DNA of 64,000 nucleotides from Calditrichota bacterium (GTDB taxonomy: Bacteria > Calditrichota > Calditrichia > Calditrichales > J004), in contig JAJRVW010000119.1 of NCBI GenBank assembly GCA_024277115.1, positions 365 to 64,364 of the forward strand. Reading direction: 5' to 3'. The number at the start of each line of letters is the position of its first letter. The first letter of the stretch is position 1. Under the pieces are notes generated by a model. It saw only the letters and a list, made by a program, of their open reading frames with translations, was not told where the DNA came from and ran no database searches. This document shows, piece after piece, positions 31,083 to 42,137 of this stretch. Position numbers and translations under genes: made by a program.

Positions 31083-32453
31083 TTAAACTTTTGACTTACC
31101 GATTAAAAACCCCACAAATAAAAATAGACTCACAATCAACCCCGGAATAAATGGTTCCAACCCAAAGGGATATAGATTGTTATTTAAGGTTCCTATTAAA
31201 AACCAGGCCAGGCTTGTTGTAAATCCTGAGATCATTAAAACAACAATATTATTGCCGGGCAGCTTTATTTTTGGATAAAGCGCGCTAACCACCGGGATAA
31301 GCAGTGGGGGGATAAACAAACTGCCCAGTGTGTACCACAAAGAAACCACCGATGGGAAAATCCAAATGAGCCCCAATGCAACAATCGCCGTAAGGCCAAG
31401 CCCAATTTGCGTGTAATGCTCAATTTCAGGGTCACTGTTCTTTTTATTCCAATAGGCGATTATATCCCGGCCAAATGTTTGTGCCGAAAGGAACGAAAAA
31501 CTATCGATGGTGGACATGGCTGTGGCCAATAATGCAATGATAAAAATACCTTTTAAAATGGGCGGCAATACCTGCTCTGCGATGAGCGGGTAAATCATCA
31601 ATGGGTCGATATTGGGTAAAAGGGCGGCGGCGTAAATACCTGTCCACAGCGTGAGCATATCAAAAACGAACCAAAATAAAACCGAAACCAGGATGGCTTT
31701 TTTTGCCGTGGCTGGGTTTTTGGCTGCTGCCGTGCGCTGATGAAAACCGGGATCGATAAAGGTCCAGCTGGCAATAAGAAACCAGACTAATATATTTTGG
31801 AAAGACATCCCACCGTTAAAACTTTGCTGTGATAGGCTGAGTTGTTCAAGCTGATTTAACGGGTTGCCATATTCAACCACTAAAAAAATAAACAATAAAA
31901 TAAACCCGCCAAACATAAGCAGAAATTGAAACTTGTCTGTTTGAACAACCGAATTGAAGCCTCCTTTAAAAACATAAATTATTGAAAACAGGGTTGCGGC
32001 AATCACAGAATAAAATAGTGGAATATGCAGCAAATAACTGATTAAAATACCGGTTATTAAAATATAGGGAGCCGGGGAGGTAATAAATAAAATAAAAAAG
32101 CTGCCAATTAAACCGGCAAGTGGGCCATAGTTTTTATAGAGTAAATCGGGGATTGAAATATATTTTGCCCGGCGTATCTTGGGCGCAACAAACAGCGCGA
32201 AGAGAATTGCAAAAAAGTAGTAAGGAATGCCAAAAACCACCCAAGCCGAGATGCCCTGTGTGTAAATGAATTCGCCTACGCCTAAAATGCCACCGTACCA
32301 AGTTGTAACCAGCGTAGCGACCAATGCGGGCAAACTTAATGAACGGCTGCTTAATAGATACGCTTCTTGTGTCGGGTTCTTTTGGCGGGCTTTCCAGCCA
32401 AGAAGCAGCAAAATAAAAATATAAATTGAAAAAATGGAAATATCTAAAAACAT
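31083..32453 (-). CDS. Sodium:solute symporter, probable thiamine or precursor uptake
   Basis: About 13 TM segments, GGFNSVVQTDKFQ, AMSTIDS; in a TPP-riboswitch operon. Confidence 0.85.
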   Translation of the reverse strand: MFLDISIFSIYIFILLLLGWKARQKNPTQEAYLLSSRSLSLPALVATLVTTWYGGILGVGEFIYTQGISAWVVFGIPYYFFAILFALFVAPKIRRAKYISIPDLLYKNYGPLAGLIGSFFILFITSPAPYILITGILISYLLHIPLFYSVIAATLFSIIYVFKGGFNSVVQTDKFQFLLMFGGFILLFIFLVVEYGNPLNQLEQLSLSQQSFNGGMSFQNILVWFLIASWTFIDPGFHQRTAAAKNPATAKKAILVSVLFWFVFDMLTLWTGIYAAALLPNIDPLMIYPLIAEQVLPPILKGIFIIALLATAMSTIDSFSFLSAQTFGRDIIAYWNKKNSDPEIEHYTQIGLGLTAIVALGLIWIFPSVVSLWYTLGSLFIPPLLIPVVSALYPKIKLPGNNIVVLMISGFTTSLAWFLIGTLNNNLYPFGLEPFIPGLIVSLFLFVGFLIGKSKV

Positions 32454-32583
32454 GAGGATAGCAGAATTATTGGATTAATGATTTGTATGATTAAAGACAT
32501 GGTGCGATGAGTTTTTGTCATCGCTTGTTACGCAATATACAGTTTATGAAACATTAATTCAGTAATTCATAATTTCACACTTC

Positions 32584-33207
32584 TTATTGATTCAGCTCGT
32601 AAACCAATAGCTTGCCTTTTTCAAAACTTATAGAGGCGCTGTCTTTTGCTATCATATTACTTACACCTAAAAATGGTGTTGCCAGTTTCTCTCTGTTTAC
32701 AGGGAACTCAAAACCATCTAACTGGATATCTAAGAGTTCTGAAAGGGCAAAAAGGGAAATGGTCTGGCCTTTCTTATTTGAAAACTTTTCTATTCCTGGC
32801 ATCAGTATCGAAAAAGTACCAAAATGGTCGTGCATAATAAGTTTTGGTCGTGCCGAATAATTGTTTAAAATAAAAACATTTCCCAGGCTATGGTCGGTCC
32901 GTTTTCCAAAAGAAGCAAAAACTTCAATCACTTCGGGGTTTAACGAAGCTGCATAAGCCAGGGCTTTTTGCATGTCGGTTGTATTTTGATCGGGAATCCT
33001 TAAAAGTTTTGTACTTTGTGATATGCCAACCGGAAGTGAGTCGAACGAATCCATGTCCCCAATCAGGCAATCGGGCGTTACATCATTGTCCAGGCACCAG
33101 CAAATTCCGCCATCAGCGGCAATAATATAGTCATACTGTGTTTTTATGGTTTTTAATTGGTCAGGTGTAGGTGGTTCGCCATTGGCGATGATCACAATCT
33201 TTTTCAA
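32584..33207 (-). CDS. thiN: Thiamine pyrophosphokinase
   Basis: IAADGG, IGDMDS, DQNTTDMQKAL, GKRTDHSLGN, GVSN. Confidence 0.9.
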   Translation of the reverse strand: MKKIVIIANGEPPTPDQLKTIKTQYDYIIAADGGICWCLDNDVTPDCLIGDMDSFDSLPVGISQSTKLLRIPDQNTTDMQKALAYAASLNPEVIEVFASFGKRTDHSLGNVFILNNYSARPKLIMHDHFGTFSILMPGIEKFSNKKGQTISLFALSELLDIQLDGFEFPVNREKLATPFLGVSNMIAKDSASISFEKGKLLVYELNQ

Positions 33208-33325
33208 TTTTCCCCCCTCAGAGAATTGTAAGAAAGCTGATTATTAGAGTAATTTCAGTATTCGGATAATTTAGTCTTTATGTAAACATGTTTTAATTGC
33301 CCCGTTGTGATAATTGTCCCACCTT

Positions 33326-35860
33326 TTACAGCATTAATTGCAGACCTGCATATATATTTCTGCCTGCTGCCGGCCAATAATAATTTTGGTTGGACCAGGG
33401 ATCGTAATATCCGGCAGTCTCATACTCTGCATCCAGTAGGTTATTAATTTTTAAGATTATCCTTACATCCGGCATATCATTATTTGTAATAATTTTATAA
33501 GATGAAAACAGCCCCATGGTGGTAAAGCTGTTTATAATACGGGATTCATTTTCGGTGTTATCAAGATATTGTTTACCAATATGCTGAACCGAAAGTGAGG
33601 TAAAAAGCGTCCCATAATTTGCTGTAAACTTGAGGTTGGCGATTATAGATGGAAAGCTGGAAATGTTATTGCCGCTTAAATCCACTTCATCGACCTTGCC
33701 GGTGCTCCAGTTATATTGCTTCTCAATAAATTTTTTAAAGAAGTTTTGGCTGTAGGCAAAATTACCGCTCACCTGAAAATGGTTGCCCAGCTTTGATGTG
33801 GCCGTTAATTCTATCCCACGGTGGATGGTACTTTCCGCATTGCCTTTTATGGGCGAGCCATCTTTATCCAGGCCACCGGATGCAATTATTTCATTACGAA
33901 AATCCATCCAATATAAATTGACCGACGCGTTGATAAATGTGTTGGTATAATTTATCCCCAGTTCAAAATCGACTAGTTCTTCCGGTTTTACATAAGGGTT
34001 TTTCCAATCAACGCCTGTAATTTTACCATTGCTGCGCAGTGTATCACTTTGGGCAAACAACGGCGCCACGCCAATATCATCAGGGCCGGTGAAGGTGTTG
34101 TATAAGTCATCATCCGATGGCTCACGCAGGGCACCTGATAGGTTGGAGTACAAGCTGAGATTTTTGTTGACTGTATAATTGATGCCCATGCGTGGGCTGA
34201 GAAAACTATAATCAATATTATAGCTGTTGATTTTGTCCCCGTTAAATAAAGCGGTTTCATTTTGCTTAAATCCGGCTGTTTTATATTCGTACAACAAATT
34301 GCTTAAAATATTTATATCGCTAGTATATTTATATAAATAATTTACAAAGGCAGAAAGTGATTTTTTATCTCCGTTATAATTATAATATTCGCGTTCAGGG
34401 CTGTATTGGCTTGGCAGGTTTTTGGCCCAAACCACTTTACCGTAGTGCTCGGAATTAAAAAGATAGCCTGAAAGCCCAATGGTCATTTTACCTTCATCAC
34501 TTTCAAAATTGGCCTTGCTGATAAAGCCCAGTTGTGTTTTATCGACCCATTTTTGGCGGACAAGGTCTGTCCGTTTTACAGAATATTGATTTCCACTTCG
34601 GATCAAAGTATCGGCATCAGAAAGATAATAATCCAGCGAATCGGTGCCAAAAAGCGAGGGGTCGGATGTTTGAAAAGTGGACATGCCGAAGTCGGATAAT
34701 TTTTTACCCGTTTTTAAATTTTCATAATAACCCAGCCCTTTAATCATATAAACAGAGTTTGAAAGTTGCAGGCGGTCGGAAATATCCCATTCGTTTATTA
34801 ACTGATAATGCTGCTGATGAAAATTATCAACACTATTATTATAAGTCTCCTTTTTATAAGTGCGGTCTTTGGCGAGGATGTTTTGCGGGATGCCATCCCA
34901 ATCCGGCTTAGTCAGTTCAGGGCCACCAAACAAGTTTAATTTGGTGACCATGTTGTCATCATAGCGTGCGGCATTAAAATAATAGGACCACAATTTACTT
35001 TCGGAGTTCTTACGGAAGCCGGTGCTCGATAATTGAGAATAACGCCCGTAGAAACTGTATTTCCCGGCAACCAGCCCTGAGTTGAAAGCGCTGGAAAATT
35101 TACGTGTATTAAAGGAACCCCCGCCATACTGAATAGTTAGTTTGGATTCCCCCGGTGTTGGCGAGGTGTTTATATTTATCGATCCGCCAAAAGTGGAGGT
35201 GCCATAAACCGAGCTGCCAATGCCACGTTGCACTTGTATGTCTTCAATATTCTCTGCGAGGTCGGGCATATCCACCCAATACACCTGCTGGTCTTCGGGG
35301 TCATTTAACGGAATATCGTTGATCATTACACCCACACGTTTCTGGTCAAATCCACGGATTTTTACAAAGGAGTAACCGATCTCGTCGCCGGTTAGCGAAT
35401 AAACATACATGTTGGGCATATCGTTGAGTAACATTGGCACATCACTGGCCGCGTAGCTGTTTTTTATTTCTTCTGCCGATTTGTTGCTAAAGGTTACCGG
35501 GGTCTCATGACGCGTTGCGCGGGTATCTGTAATAACAATAGGCTGGCTTTCCATCACATAAGGTTTTAGCCGGAAGAGAATAGTGTTCGGGGCATTAGAA
35601 AAGTTAAAAATTTTAGACTGGGGTAAATAGGCCACGTGTGTTGCCAAAAGTGTTACAGATGTGGTGGGTTCAATTTTTAGCGAGAAAGCTCCTTCACCGT
35701 TGGTTGTTGTGCCAGCGCCGTTTTCTTTGATTTTAATCTCGGCATTGACGATAGGTTTACCGGTTTCAACAGAAAGGACGCGGCCCTTAATTACTTGTGT
35801 CTGGGCGGAGAGAGAAGAAAGAAAAAGGAACAAAGAAAAAAGGAAAAAATGATGACGCAT
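33326..35860 (-). CDS. TonB-dependent receptor, thiamine-type
   Basis: Carboxypeptidase-like N-domain, plug IRGFDQ...NDIPLNDPE..VYWVDMPDL, C-terminal AGRNIYAGL; follows a TPP riboswitch. Confidence 0.9.
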   Translation of the reverse strand: MRHHFFLFSLFLFLSSLSAQTQVIKGRVLSVETGKPIVNAEIKIKENGAGTTTNGEGAFSLKIEPTTSVTLLATHVAYLPQSKIFNFSNAPNTILFRLKPYVMESQPIVITDTRATRHETPVTFSNKSAEEIKNSYAASDVPMLLNDMPNMYVYSLTGDEIGYSFVKIRGFDQKRVGVMINDIPLNDPEDQQVYWVDMPDLAENIEDIQVQRGIGSSVYGTSTFGGSININTSPTPGESKLTIQYGGGSFNTRKFSSAFNSGLVAGKYSFYGRYSQLSSTGFRKNSESKLWSYYFNAARYDDNMVTKLNLFGGPELTKPDWDGIPQNILAKDRTYKKETYNNSVDNFHQQHYQLINEWDISDRLQLSNSVYMIKGLGYYENLKTGKKLSDFGMSTFQTSDPSLFGTDSLDYYLSDADTLIRSGNQYSVKRTDLVRQKWVDKTQLGFISKANFESDEGKMTIGLSGYLFNSEHYGKVVWAKNLPSQYSPEREYYNYNGDKKSLSAFVNYLYKYTSDINILSNLLYEYKTAGFKQNETALFNGDKINSYNIDYSFLSPRMGINYTVNKNLSLYSNLSGALREPSDDDLYNTFTGPDDIGVAPLFAQSDTLRSNGKITGVDWKNPYVKPEELVDFELGINYTNTFINASVNLYWMDFRNEIIASGGLDKDGSPIKGNAESTIHRGIELTATSKLGNHFQVSGNFAYSQNFFKKFIEKQYNWSTGKVDEVDLSGNNISSFPSIIANLKFTANYGTLFTSLSVQHIGKQYLDNTENESRIINSFTTMGLFSSYKIITNNDMPDVRIILKINNLLDAEYETAGYYDPWSNQNYYWPAAGRNIYAGLQLML

Positions 35861-35981
35861 ATAAAAAAATCTCCAAAAAATGTACAGCTATTGATACGGT
35901 TATCTCGTTTGTGATTAGGTTTGATCAACCTGTGAACCAAAGTTTACCGACCCGACTTGAGCAGAGTGACAAAGTAAACTA

Positions 35982-36043
35982 TGTCATTCCGAGGCACGAA
36001 GCATCCCCCTCATCTGACTATTCTCGTGCCTCTCATAACGACA
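35982..36043. repeat. REP-like imperfect palindrome in the riboswitch leader
   Basis: TGTCATT-CCGAGGCACGA...TCGTGCCTC-TCATAACGACA. Confidence 0.45.
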
Positions 36044-36077
36044 AAACAACACATCTTTACTGTTGCATAAACAGGTT

Positions 36078-36113
36078 AAAACAAAAAAAGTCTGCCGGGG
36101 GATGGCAGACTTT
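36078..36113 (-). terminator. Riboswitch expression-platform terminator
   Basis: AAAGTCTGCC-ATCCCCC-GGCAGACTTTTTTTGTTTT immediately 3' of the aptamer. Confidence 0.8.
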
Positions 36114-36125
36114 ATAGTTCTTAAT

Positions 36126-36202
36126 GCTTCCTACGCCGGTATAAACCGGTTCAGGTTCAAAGGGTCTGCTCTCAGTCCCACTACTGGCGGGACACCCCTG
36201 CG
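36126..36202 (-). promoter_or_regulatory. TPP (THI-box) riboswitch
   Basis: GGGGTG...CTGAGA...ACCCTTTGAACCTGA.CCGG..TATACCGGCGTAGGAAG consensus, upstream of thiamine uptake and salvage genes. Confidence 0.93.
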
Positions 36203-36271
36203 TATGTTTTCAAGTGGCTAATCTACAAAATTCATTTTGGCAAAACAAAGAAAAGTTGAGAACAATTCCCC

Positions 36272-37987
36272 TTACTTCAACTTTTTCGCCTCGTCCAATA
36301 GCTGCGAGGCATTGTCCAAAGCCTGTTGGGAAAGCGAAACCCCGCCAAGCAAATTGGCGATTTCTGAAATCTGTTTTTCAAACGCAAGTTCGGTAATTGA
36401 GACTTCTGTAGTGCCTTGTTCCGCTTTTTTATCCACCTTATAATGGCTATCGGCAAAGGCGGCAATCTGTGGCAGGTGTGTGATACAAATAATTTGATGG
36501 TAACGCGAAAGCTCGCTGATTTTTTTACCGACAATCTGCGCCACTTTACCTGAGATGCCACTGTCAATCTCATCAAAAACCAAAATGGGCATTTTATCTT
36601 TTTCGGCCAACACAGATTTAAGCGCCAGCATAATGCGTGAAATTTCACCGCCCGAAGCAATCTTGTTAATAGGTTTTATGCCTTCGCCGGGATTGGGTGA
36701 AAAGTGGATTAAAACCTGATCAAAACCAGTAGCGAAAAGTTTTACCTTTTGTTGATTTATTTCAAAGGGGCTGTTCACATCATTCAGGCAATCCTGAACA
36801 AACTCGAAGCGACTGTCTTTCATGCCAATCTCATCTAAAAAAGCGCTTAACTTTCCTTCAAACTCCCGCGCGGCTTGTTTCCTTTTTTGCGATAGGCCAA
36901 TCCCACTTTTTAAGATTAGTTTTTCAAGCTGTGACTTTTCTTTTTCTAGTCTGGAGAGGTGCGCATCGTAGTTTTCAATTTCGCCAAGTTTGTCTTTTAG
37001 CTCATCTTTAAAACCGAGTAATTCAGAAATGCTTATTTTTTGATATTTTTTTAACAGGAACTCGATTTGTGCAATTTGTTGCCTTAGGGCTTCGGCGCGT
37101 TCCGGGTCAAATTCCAAATTGCCCAGGTAGCGCTCCGTAAACTGGCCGATTTCTTCGATGGTTTCCCGGGCGGAAATAAGGTTTTCGAGAAGCGCGTCAA
37201 ATTGTGAATCGATGGATGCCAAATTGCGCAGGTGCTCCTCGGAGCCGGTAACCAGCTGTGACGCATTGTCCTCGCCGCTAATCAGGTTCTTCGCAAGTAA
37301 TTGTGCCGCTTCGTGGATTTTTTCATAATTGGCCAATCGTGTCAATTCATCTTTAAGCTGTTCCAGATCAACTTCATCTAGGCCTGCTTCTTCAATTTCG
37401 GCCTGTTGTAAATGGAACAAATCACGCATTTGTAAGGCCTGCGCGCGTTCGGCCTCCAGCTTTGTTAGATTGGTTTTTAGGGTTTCGTATGTTTTTACGA
37501 GGCTACCAAAATCTTTAATGCTGCTATGCAGGCCGGCAAACGAATCCAGATAGCTGAGGTGGTTTTCCGGGTGCAAAAGGACCTGGTGTTGATGTTGGCC
37601 GTGCAGGTCAATTAAAAAAGTGCTAATCCGGTTAAGGTTGGTTAGATGGACGGGCGTATCGTTTAAAAAAATACGCGATGTGCCGGAGAGGTTAATTTCC
37701 TTGCGGATAAGCAGGGTGTTGTCCTCAACTTCTATTTCCAGTTGTTGCAGATGGGGCAAAAGTTCCGGACGCTCATTGAGGTCGATCTCAGCTTCTATGA
37801 TGGCTTTTTTTGCTCCGGCCCGGATAAAATCAAGATTGCTGCGTTCGCCACATAACTGACTGATGGCATTCACTAAAATTGATTTCCCCGCGCCACTTTC
37901 GCCGGTAATTATATTTAATCCTTTTTGAAAATGGATCTCGTTATGCTCGATTAAGGCGAAATTTTTTATTAATAAAGATTTGATCAT
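36272..37987 (-). CDS. recN: DNA repair protein RecN
   Basis: ITGESGAGKS, IDLHGQHQHQ, ASGGEISR, FDEIDSGISG, ITHLPQIAA. Confidence 0.96.
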   Translation of the reverse strand: MIKSLLIKNFALIEHNEIHFQKGLNIITGESGAGKSILVNAISQLCGERSNLDFIRAGAKKAIIEAEIDLNERPELLPHLQQLEIEVEDNTLLIRKEINLSGTSRIFLNDTPVHLTNLNRISTFLIDLHGQHQHQVLLHPENHLSYLDSFAGLHSSIKDFGSLVKTYETLKTNLTKLEAERAQALQMRDLFHLQQAEIEEAGLDEVDLEQLKDELTRLANYEKIHEAAQLLAKNLISGEDNASQLVTGSEEHLRNLASIDSQFDALLENLISARETIEEIGQFTERYLGNLEFDPERAEALRQQIAQIEFLLKKYQKISISELLGFKDELKDKLGEIENYDAHLSRLEKEKSQLEKLILKSGIGLSQKRKQAAREFEGKLSAFLDEIGMKDSRFEFVQDCLNDVNSPFEINQQKVKLFATGFDQVLIHFSPNPGEGIKPINKIASGGEISRIMLALKSVLAEKDKMPILVFDEIDSGISGKVAQIVGKKISELSRYHQIICITHLPQIAAFADSHYKVDKKAEQGTTEVSITELAFEKQISEIANLLGGVSLSQQALDNASQLLDEAKKLK

Positions 37988-38038
37988 TTTATTTAGATGT
38001 TTTAACGGGCGCGCTGTTTTTCAGTAATAATGTGACGC

Positions 38039-40381
38039 TTATTTTCTTACAACGGCAATTTTACCGCCAACGGATTTTCCGTCTTCGGTAAAGGCAAGAT
38101 AAAGATAAATCCCTGATGCTACAACATGTCCGTTGGAATCCCTGCCATTCCATTTGGCGCGGCTACCATCCACCTGCTTATTATTTGCGGTAAGTGTTTT
38201 AATTAGTTTGCCGTTAAGGTTTAGGATTTTTACTATCGAATTGTCTTTTAATTTTCTAATGGTGAACAGATCATTTTCACCATCTAAAATAAATGGGTTG
38301 GGCCCGGCAACCACAGTATCAAAATTCTTTTGTACTTCGGCAAAAGACCCTTTAAAAATAGAGAGTCCCCCTTCCGTTGCAATAAGTGCTTCGGCGCGGT
38401 CATTATCAACAAAAACACTATTTACGGAGTTGTGCACAAGGCCACTGTTTTCAGTTGTATACTGAATCCAGGCATCCGGATCGAATGGACTCAGGTCACC
38501 CTTTAATATAGTAAGGCCGCTCGCTGTAGCAATCCATTTGTTATTAAATTTATCGACAACTATCTGGCTGATAAGGTTATCGATCGGGCCGGTTTCACCA
38601 AAATGCCTAAAAATATTTTGCCCATCAAAAGAATGTAGTCCGCCACGCGTCCCTATCCAGATTACGCCGTCTGTATCAGTTGTTAATGCGGTAATTTGAT
38701 CGCTGATTATCGTGCTGTTGCTAACCTTAAAATAAGTAAAAGAATCATCGGATTTGCTGCTGAGGGTATTGTCAAAATCAAACAGGTAAAGACCGGCCCC
38801 GTTTGCACCGACCCATACACGTCCAAAATCATCAAAAGTAATACTAGAGTATCCATCACTAAGTTCTAGCCCATCAGTTTTACCAAAATACGACCAATTG
38901 TTTTTATCCAGGTTCAATGTACCATTGCTGTTGTATGGCGCTACGACAAGAAATTTTTCGTTCGATGCATAGGAATTGAGAATCCATAAATTCCCGTTAA
39001 AATCTTCTTTAAAGCCAGTAATTACGCCCTGGTCTTCCAGGTTACTGTTGTTGGGGCTAAAAAATCCCTGATGGTCGGGAGGTGTGGGTTCGATATCTTC
39101 ATAAATCACTGTATCCTGGTTGGTAATTACCCGTTGGCCGGGATGGCTGTGACTGTTGAAATAGCTGTATTTTTCTCCATCAAAAACGGCCAGAGTACCG
39201 CCCCACGATGCAAGCCAGACATTGTTAAAGCGGTCTTCATAAATGTAGTTGATCGAGCTCAGCCGTGACCATACTTCACCTTTAAAATAGATACTTTGCC
39301 AGCTGCCATTTTCATAAAGTGAATAACCCTTGTCCGGTGTAAGTTTAAATTTACCGTGGCTTGCCCAAATTCGTCCGGCCTTATCCCGGATTACAAAACG
39401 TAGCTGATTTTGTGCCGGTCCGTCAAGTAAAAGCGGGTTGTCCGTCTCACTATTTTGGATGCCCCCTTTTTCCAGGCCAAGCCAAATAGAGTTGCTGTCA
39501 TCAATCGCAAGTGCGTTGATATTTTTTGTATAACCGGTGCTTTTTTGGATGCCTGTCTCCGGTAAAAAATGATAAAGTGTTCTGCCACTTGCAACCAGCA
39601 ATGTATTGTCATTTTTTAACAGGCGATCAATACTTTTTTCATCAAAGGTGTTGTCCGTAACAATAGAATAGTTGTTGTCAATAACGGCAAGCCCGCTTTC
39701 TGTACCAACCCAAAGTTTATTTTCCAGGATAGAAAACGATAAAATATTATTATTGGGCAGGCCATCATCTGTTGTAAATAATTGCCAGTTTTCAGGATTG
39801 CTCATAGTAGAAAAATTAACATGCGCACTAAAAAGGCCTTTATCTGTTGCCAACCAAATTTGTTTATTATATAGGGCGATTTGATTAATGGAGGCGGCTA
39901 TATCGGGGAAGTTGACAAAAAAATCGTTAAACTCATATTGCCCATCTATTTTAATAAAAGCGGCGATGGTTTTTCCAGGAAAATTTTCGCTCTCTGTTGC
40001 CACCCAAATCGTATCGTCTTTTACAATCATATTTGAGATCGTAAGCCCTGTGAAAGAGATATCATCCCATTCATTGGAAGCGGGGTTATATACCTGAAGA
40101 TCGCCTTCTTTGCTTCCGGTGATTATATTCCCGCTGGCATCCACTGTTATGGCCTGAATATTAACTGATTTTAACCCGTTGGTATTTGTCCATTTTTGGA
40201 CTTCTGAGGTAGACCGGTTGTAGATAAAAGCACCACCATCGGTTGCAGCCCAAATAGCATCATCAATGATGGCAATGGATTTTACATTGTTCATATTGGT
40301 AATGGTCTCCCAATCCTGAAATTGGGCCGATAAATTTTGAGATAAAAGAATAAGGATAAAAAGAAAGAAGTTTTTTGACAT
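38039..40381 (-). CDS. PorZ-like double beta-propeller with C-terminal FlgD/T9SS-type domain
   Basis: Two-component-regulator propeller repeats; C-terminal AGPNPF...WNGRD..G..VASGIYL...GKIAVVRK. Confidence 0.75.
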   Translation of the reverse strand: MSKNFFLFILILLSQNLSAQFQDWETITNMNNVKSIAIIDDAIWAATDGGAFIYNRSTSEVQKWTNTNGLKSVNIQAITVDASGNIITGSKEGDLQVYNPASNEWDDISFTGLTISNMIVKDDTIWVATESENFPGKTIAAFIKIDGQYEFNDFFVNFPDIAASINQIALYNKQIWLATDKGLFSAHVNFSTMSNPENWQLFTTDDGLPNNNILSFSILENKLWVGTESGLAVIDNNYSIVTDNTFDEKSIDRLLKNDNTLLVASGRTLYHFLPETGIQKSTGYTKNINALAIDDSNSIWLGLEKGGIQNSETDNPLLLDGPAQNQLRFVIRDKAGRIWASHGKFKLTPDKGYSLYENGSWQSIYFKGEVWSRLSSINYIYEDRFNNVWLASWGGTLAVFDGEKYSYFNSHSHPGQRVITNQDTVIYEDIEPTPPDHQGFFSPNNSNLEDQGVITGFKEDFNGNLWILNSYASNEKFLVVAPYNSNGTLNLDKNNWSYFGKTDGLELSDGYSSITFDDFGRVWVGANGAGLYLFDFDNTLSSKSDDSFTYFKVSNSTIISDQITALTTDTDGVIWIGTRGGLHSFDGQNIFRHFGETGPIDNLISQIVVDKFNNKWIATASGLTILKGDLSPFDPDAWIQYTTENSGLVHNSVNSVFVDNDRAEALIATEGGLSIFKGSFAEVQKNFDTVVAGPNPFILDGENDLFTIRKLKDNSIVKILNLNGKLIKTLTANNKQVDGSRAKWNGRDSNGHVVASGIYLYLAFTEDGKSVGGKIAVVRK

Positions 40382-40385
40382 AGTA

Positions 40386-40850
40386 TTATAATTTTGTTAG
40401 AAGGTCAGCCATTTCAATAGCAGTCAATGCCGCGTCCCAACCTTTGTTTCCTGATTTTGTCCCTGCGCGTTCCAGGGCTTGTTCAATTGTTTCTGTAGTT
40501 AATACACCAAAGCTTACTGGTATTTCAGACTCAAGGTTTAACTGCCCTATGCCTCTGGCAACCATACCTGCAACATATTCAAAATGGGGTGTTGCCCCAC
40601 GGATAACCGCGCCAAGGCATATTACGGCATCATAAGAAGCAGAAGATACCATTTTTTTAGCAACTTGTGAAATTTCGAATGCCCCCGGGCACCATGCAAC
40701 TGAAATATTTTCTTCTTCCCCTTCGTGCCTGATAATGCAGTCTATCGCTACTTCAAGAAGCTTTGAGCTAATTAAAGAATTAAACCGGCCAACAACAATG
40801 CCAAATCTTTTCCCTTTTGCCGTAAGCTTACCTTCAATAATTTTGGTCAT
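40386..40850 (-). CDS. ribH: 6,7-dimethyl-8-ribityllumazine synthase
   Basis: [30 protein letters not shown]. Confidence 0.96.
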   Translation of the reverse strand: MTKIIEGKLTAKGKRFGIVVGRFNSLISSKLLEVAIDCIIRHEGEEENISVAWCPGAFEISQVAKKMVSSASYDAVICLGAVIRGATPHFEYVAGMVARGIGQLNLESEIPVSFGVLTTETIEQALERAGTKSGNKGWDAALTAIEMADLLTKL

Positions 40851-40912
40851 GTTTTTTCCCTGGTTTTACTGTATGACGATTTAATATTTCTGTTTTTAAA
40901 ACGAATCGACTA

Positions 40913-42136
40913 TCAATCTGCTTTTAATAAATGCCCTAGCTTTTCACGCTTGGTTTTTAAATAGCGATGGTTATTTTCGTTGGGGCAAATCTCAATGGGT
41001 ATTCTTTCTGTAATTTCCAGGTTATAACCTTTTAAGCCAATAATCTTTTTGGGGTTATTGGTTAATAAGCGGATTTTTTTTAAGCCTAAATCAATTAATA
41101 TTTGGGCGCCAATACCATAATCCCTCAAATCGGCCTTAAAACCCAGGATTTCATTTGCCTCAACGGTATCCTTTCCTTTTTCCTGAAGGGCGTATGCCAG
41201 GAGTTTGTTGACCAGCCCTATTCCACGGCCTTCCTGGCGCATATACAATACAACGCCTTTGCCTTCGTGCTCAATCTTGCGCATTGCCGTGCTTAGCTGG
41301 TCCCCGCAATCGCAGCGTAATGATCCAAAAACATCACCCGTCAAACATTCTGAATGCACGCGGACAAGCGTTGGCTCTTCCGCAGAGATTTCACCTTTTA
41401 CCAGTGCAACATGATGTTCGCTCGGGTTAAGCAGGCTCTCGTATGTGTACAGTTTAAAATTACCAAATTTAGTGGGCATATCAACGATGACTTTCCGTGT
41501 AATCAGTTTCTCCCTGGTACGCCGGTATTCAATCAAATCCGCAATGGTTATCATTTTAAGGTTATGCTTTTGGCAAAAGGAAGCCAGGTCGTGCACACGT
41601 GCCATCGAACCATCCTCATGCATTATTTCGCATAAAATCCCGGACGGTTTTAAACCAGCCAGTAGGGCTAAATCTACTGCGGCCTCTGTGTGCCCTGCGC
41701 GTCTTAAAACACCGCCTTTTTTTGCCACTAATGGAAAGATGTGTCCTGGCCGCGCAAAATCGTTTGCCTTTTTTTGTATATCAACCAATGCCCTGATTGT
41801 ACTTGCCCTGTCGTGGGCGGATATTCCGGTGGTTGTACCGTGTTTATAATCTACGGTTACAGTAAAAGGGGTTTGGTGCAAGGCCGTATTCTCACCGACC
41901 ATATAATCCAGGTCTAAGGCATCGGCCCTGCCAGCGGTAATCGCGGCGCATAACATGCCACGGGCCTCGCGCGTAATAAAATTTACATGCTCCGGGAGGA
42001 CCTTTTCTGAGGCCATGATTAAATCACCTTCATTTTCACGGTCTGCATCATCAACTACAACAACCATTTTACCTTGCCGGATATCTGCTAAGGCTTCTGC
42101 TATTGAAGCAAATCTGATCTCATTTTCTTTACCCAT
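40913..42136 (-). CDS. ribBA: Bifunctional DHBP synthase / GTP cyclohydrolase II
   Basis: [40 protein letters not shown]. Confidence 0.96.
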   Translation of the reverse strand: MGKENEIRFASIAEALADIRQGKMVVVVDDADRENEGDLIMASEKVLPEHVNFITREARGMLCAAITAGRADALDLDYMVGENTALHQTPFTVTVDYKHGTTTGISAHDRASTIRALVDIQKKANDFARPGHIFPLVAKKGGVLRRAGHTEAAVDLALLAGLKPSGILCEIMHEDGSMARVHDLASFCQKHNLKMITIADLIEYRRTREKLITRKVIVDMPTKFGNFKLYTYESLLNPSEHHVALVKGEISAEEPTLVRVHSECLTGDVFGSLRCDCGDQLSTAMRKIEHEGKGVVLYMRQEGRGIGLVNKLLAYALQEKGKDTVEANEILGFKADLRDYGIGAQILIDLGLKKIRLLTNNPKKIIGLKGYNLEITERIPIEICPNENNHRYLKTKREKLGHLLKAD

Positions 42137-42137
42137 C

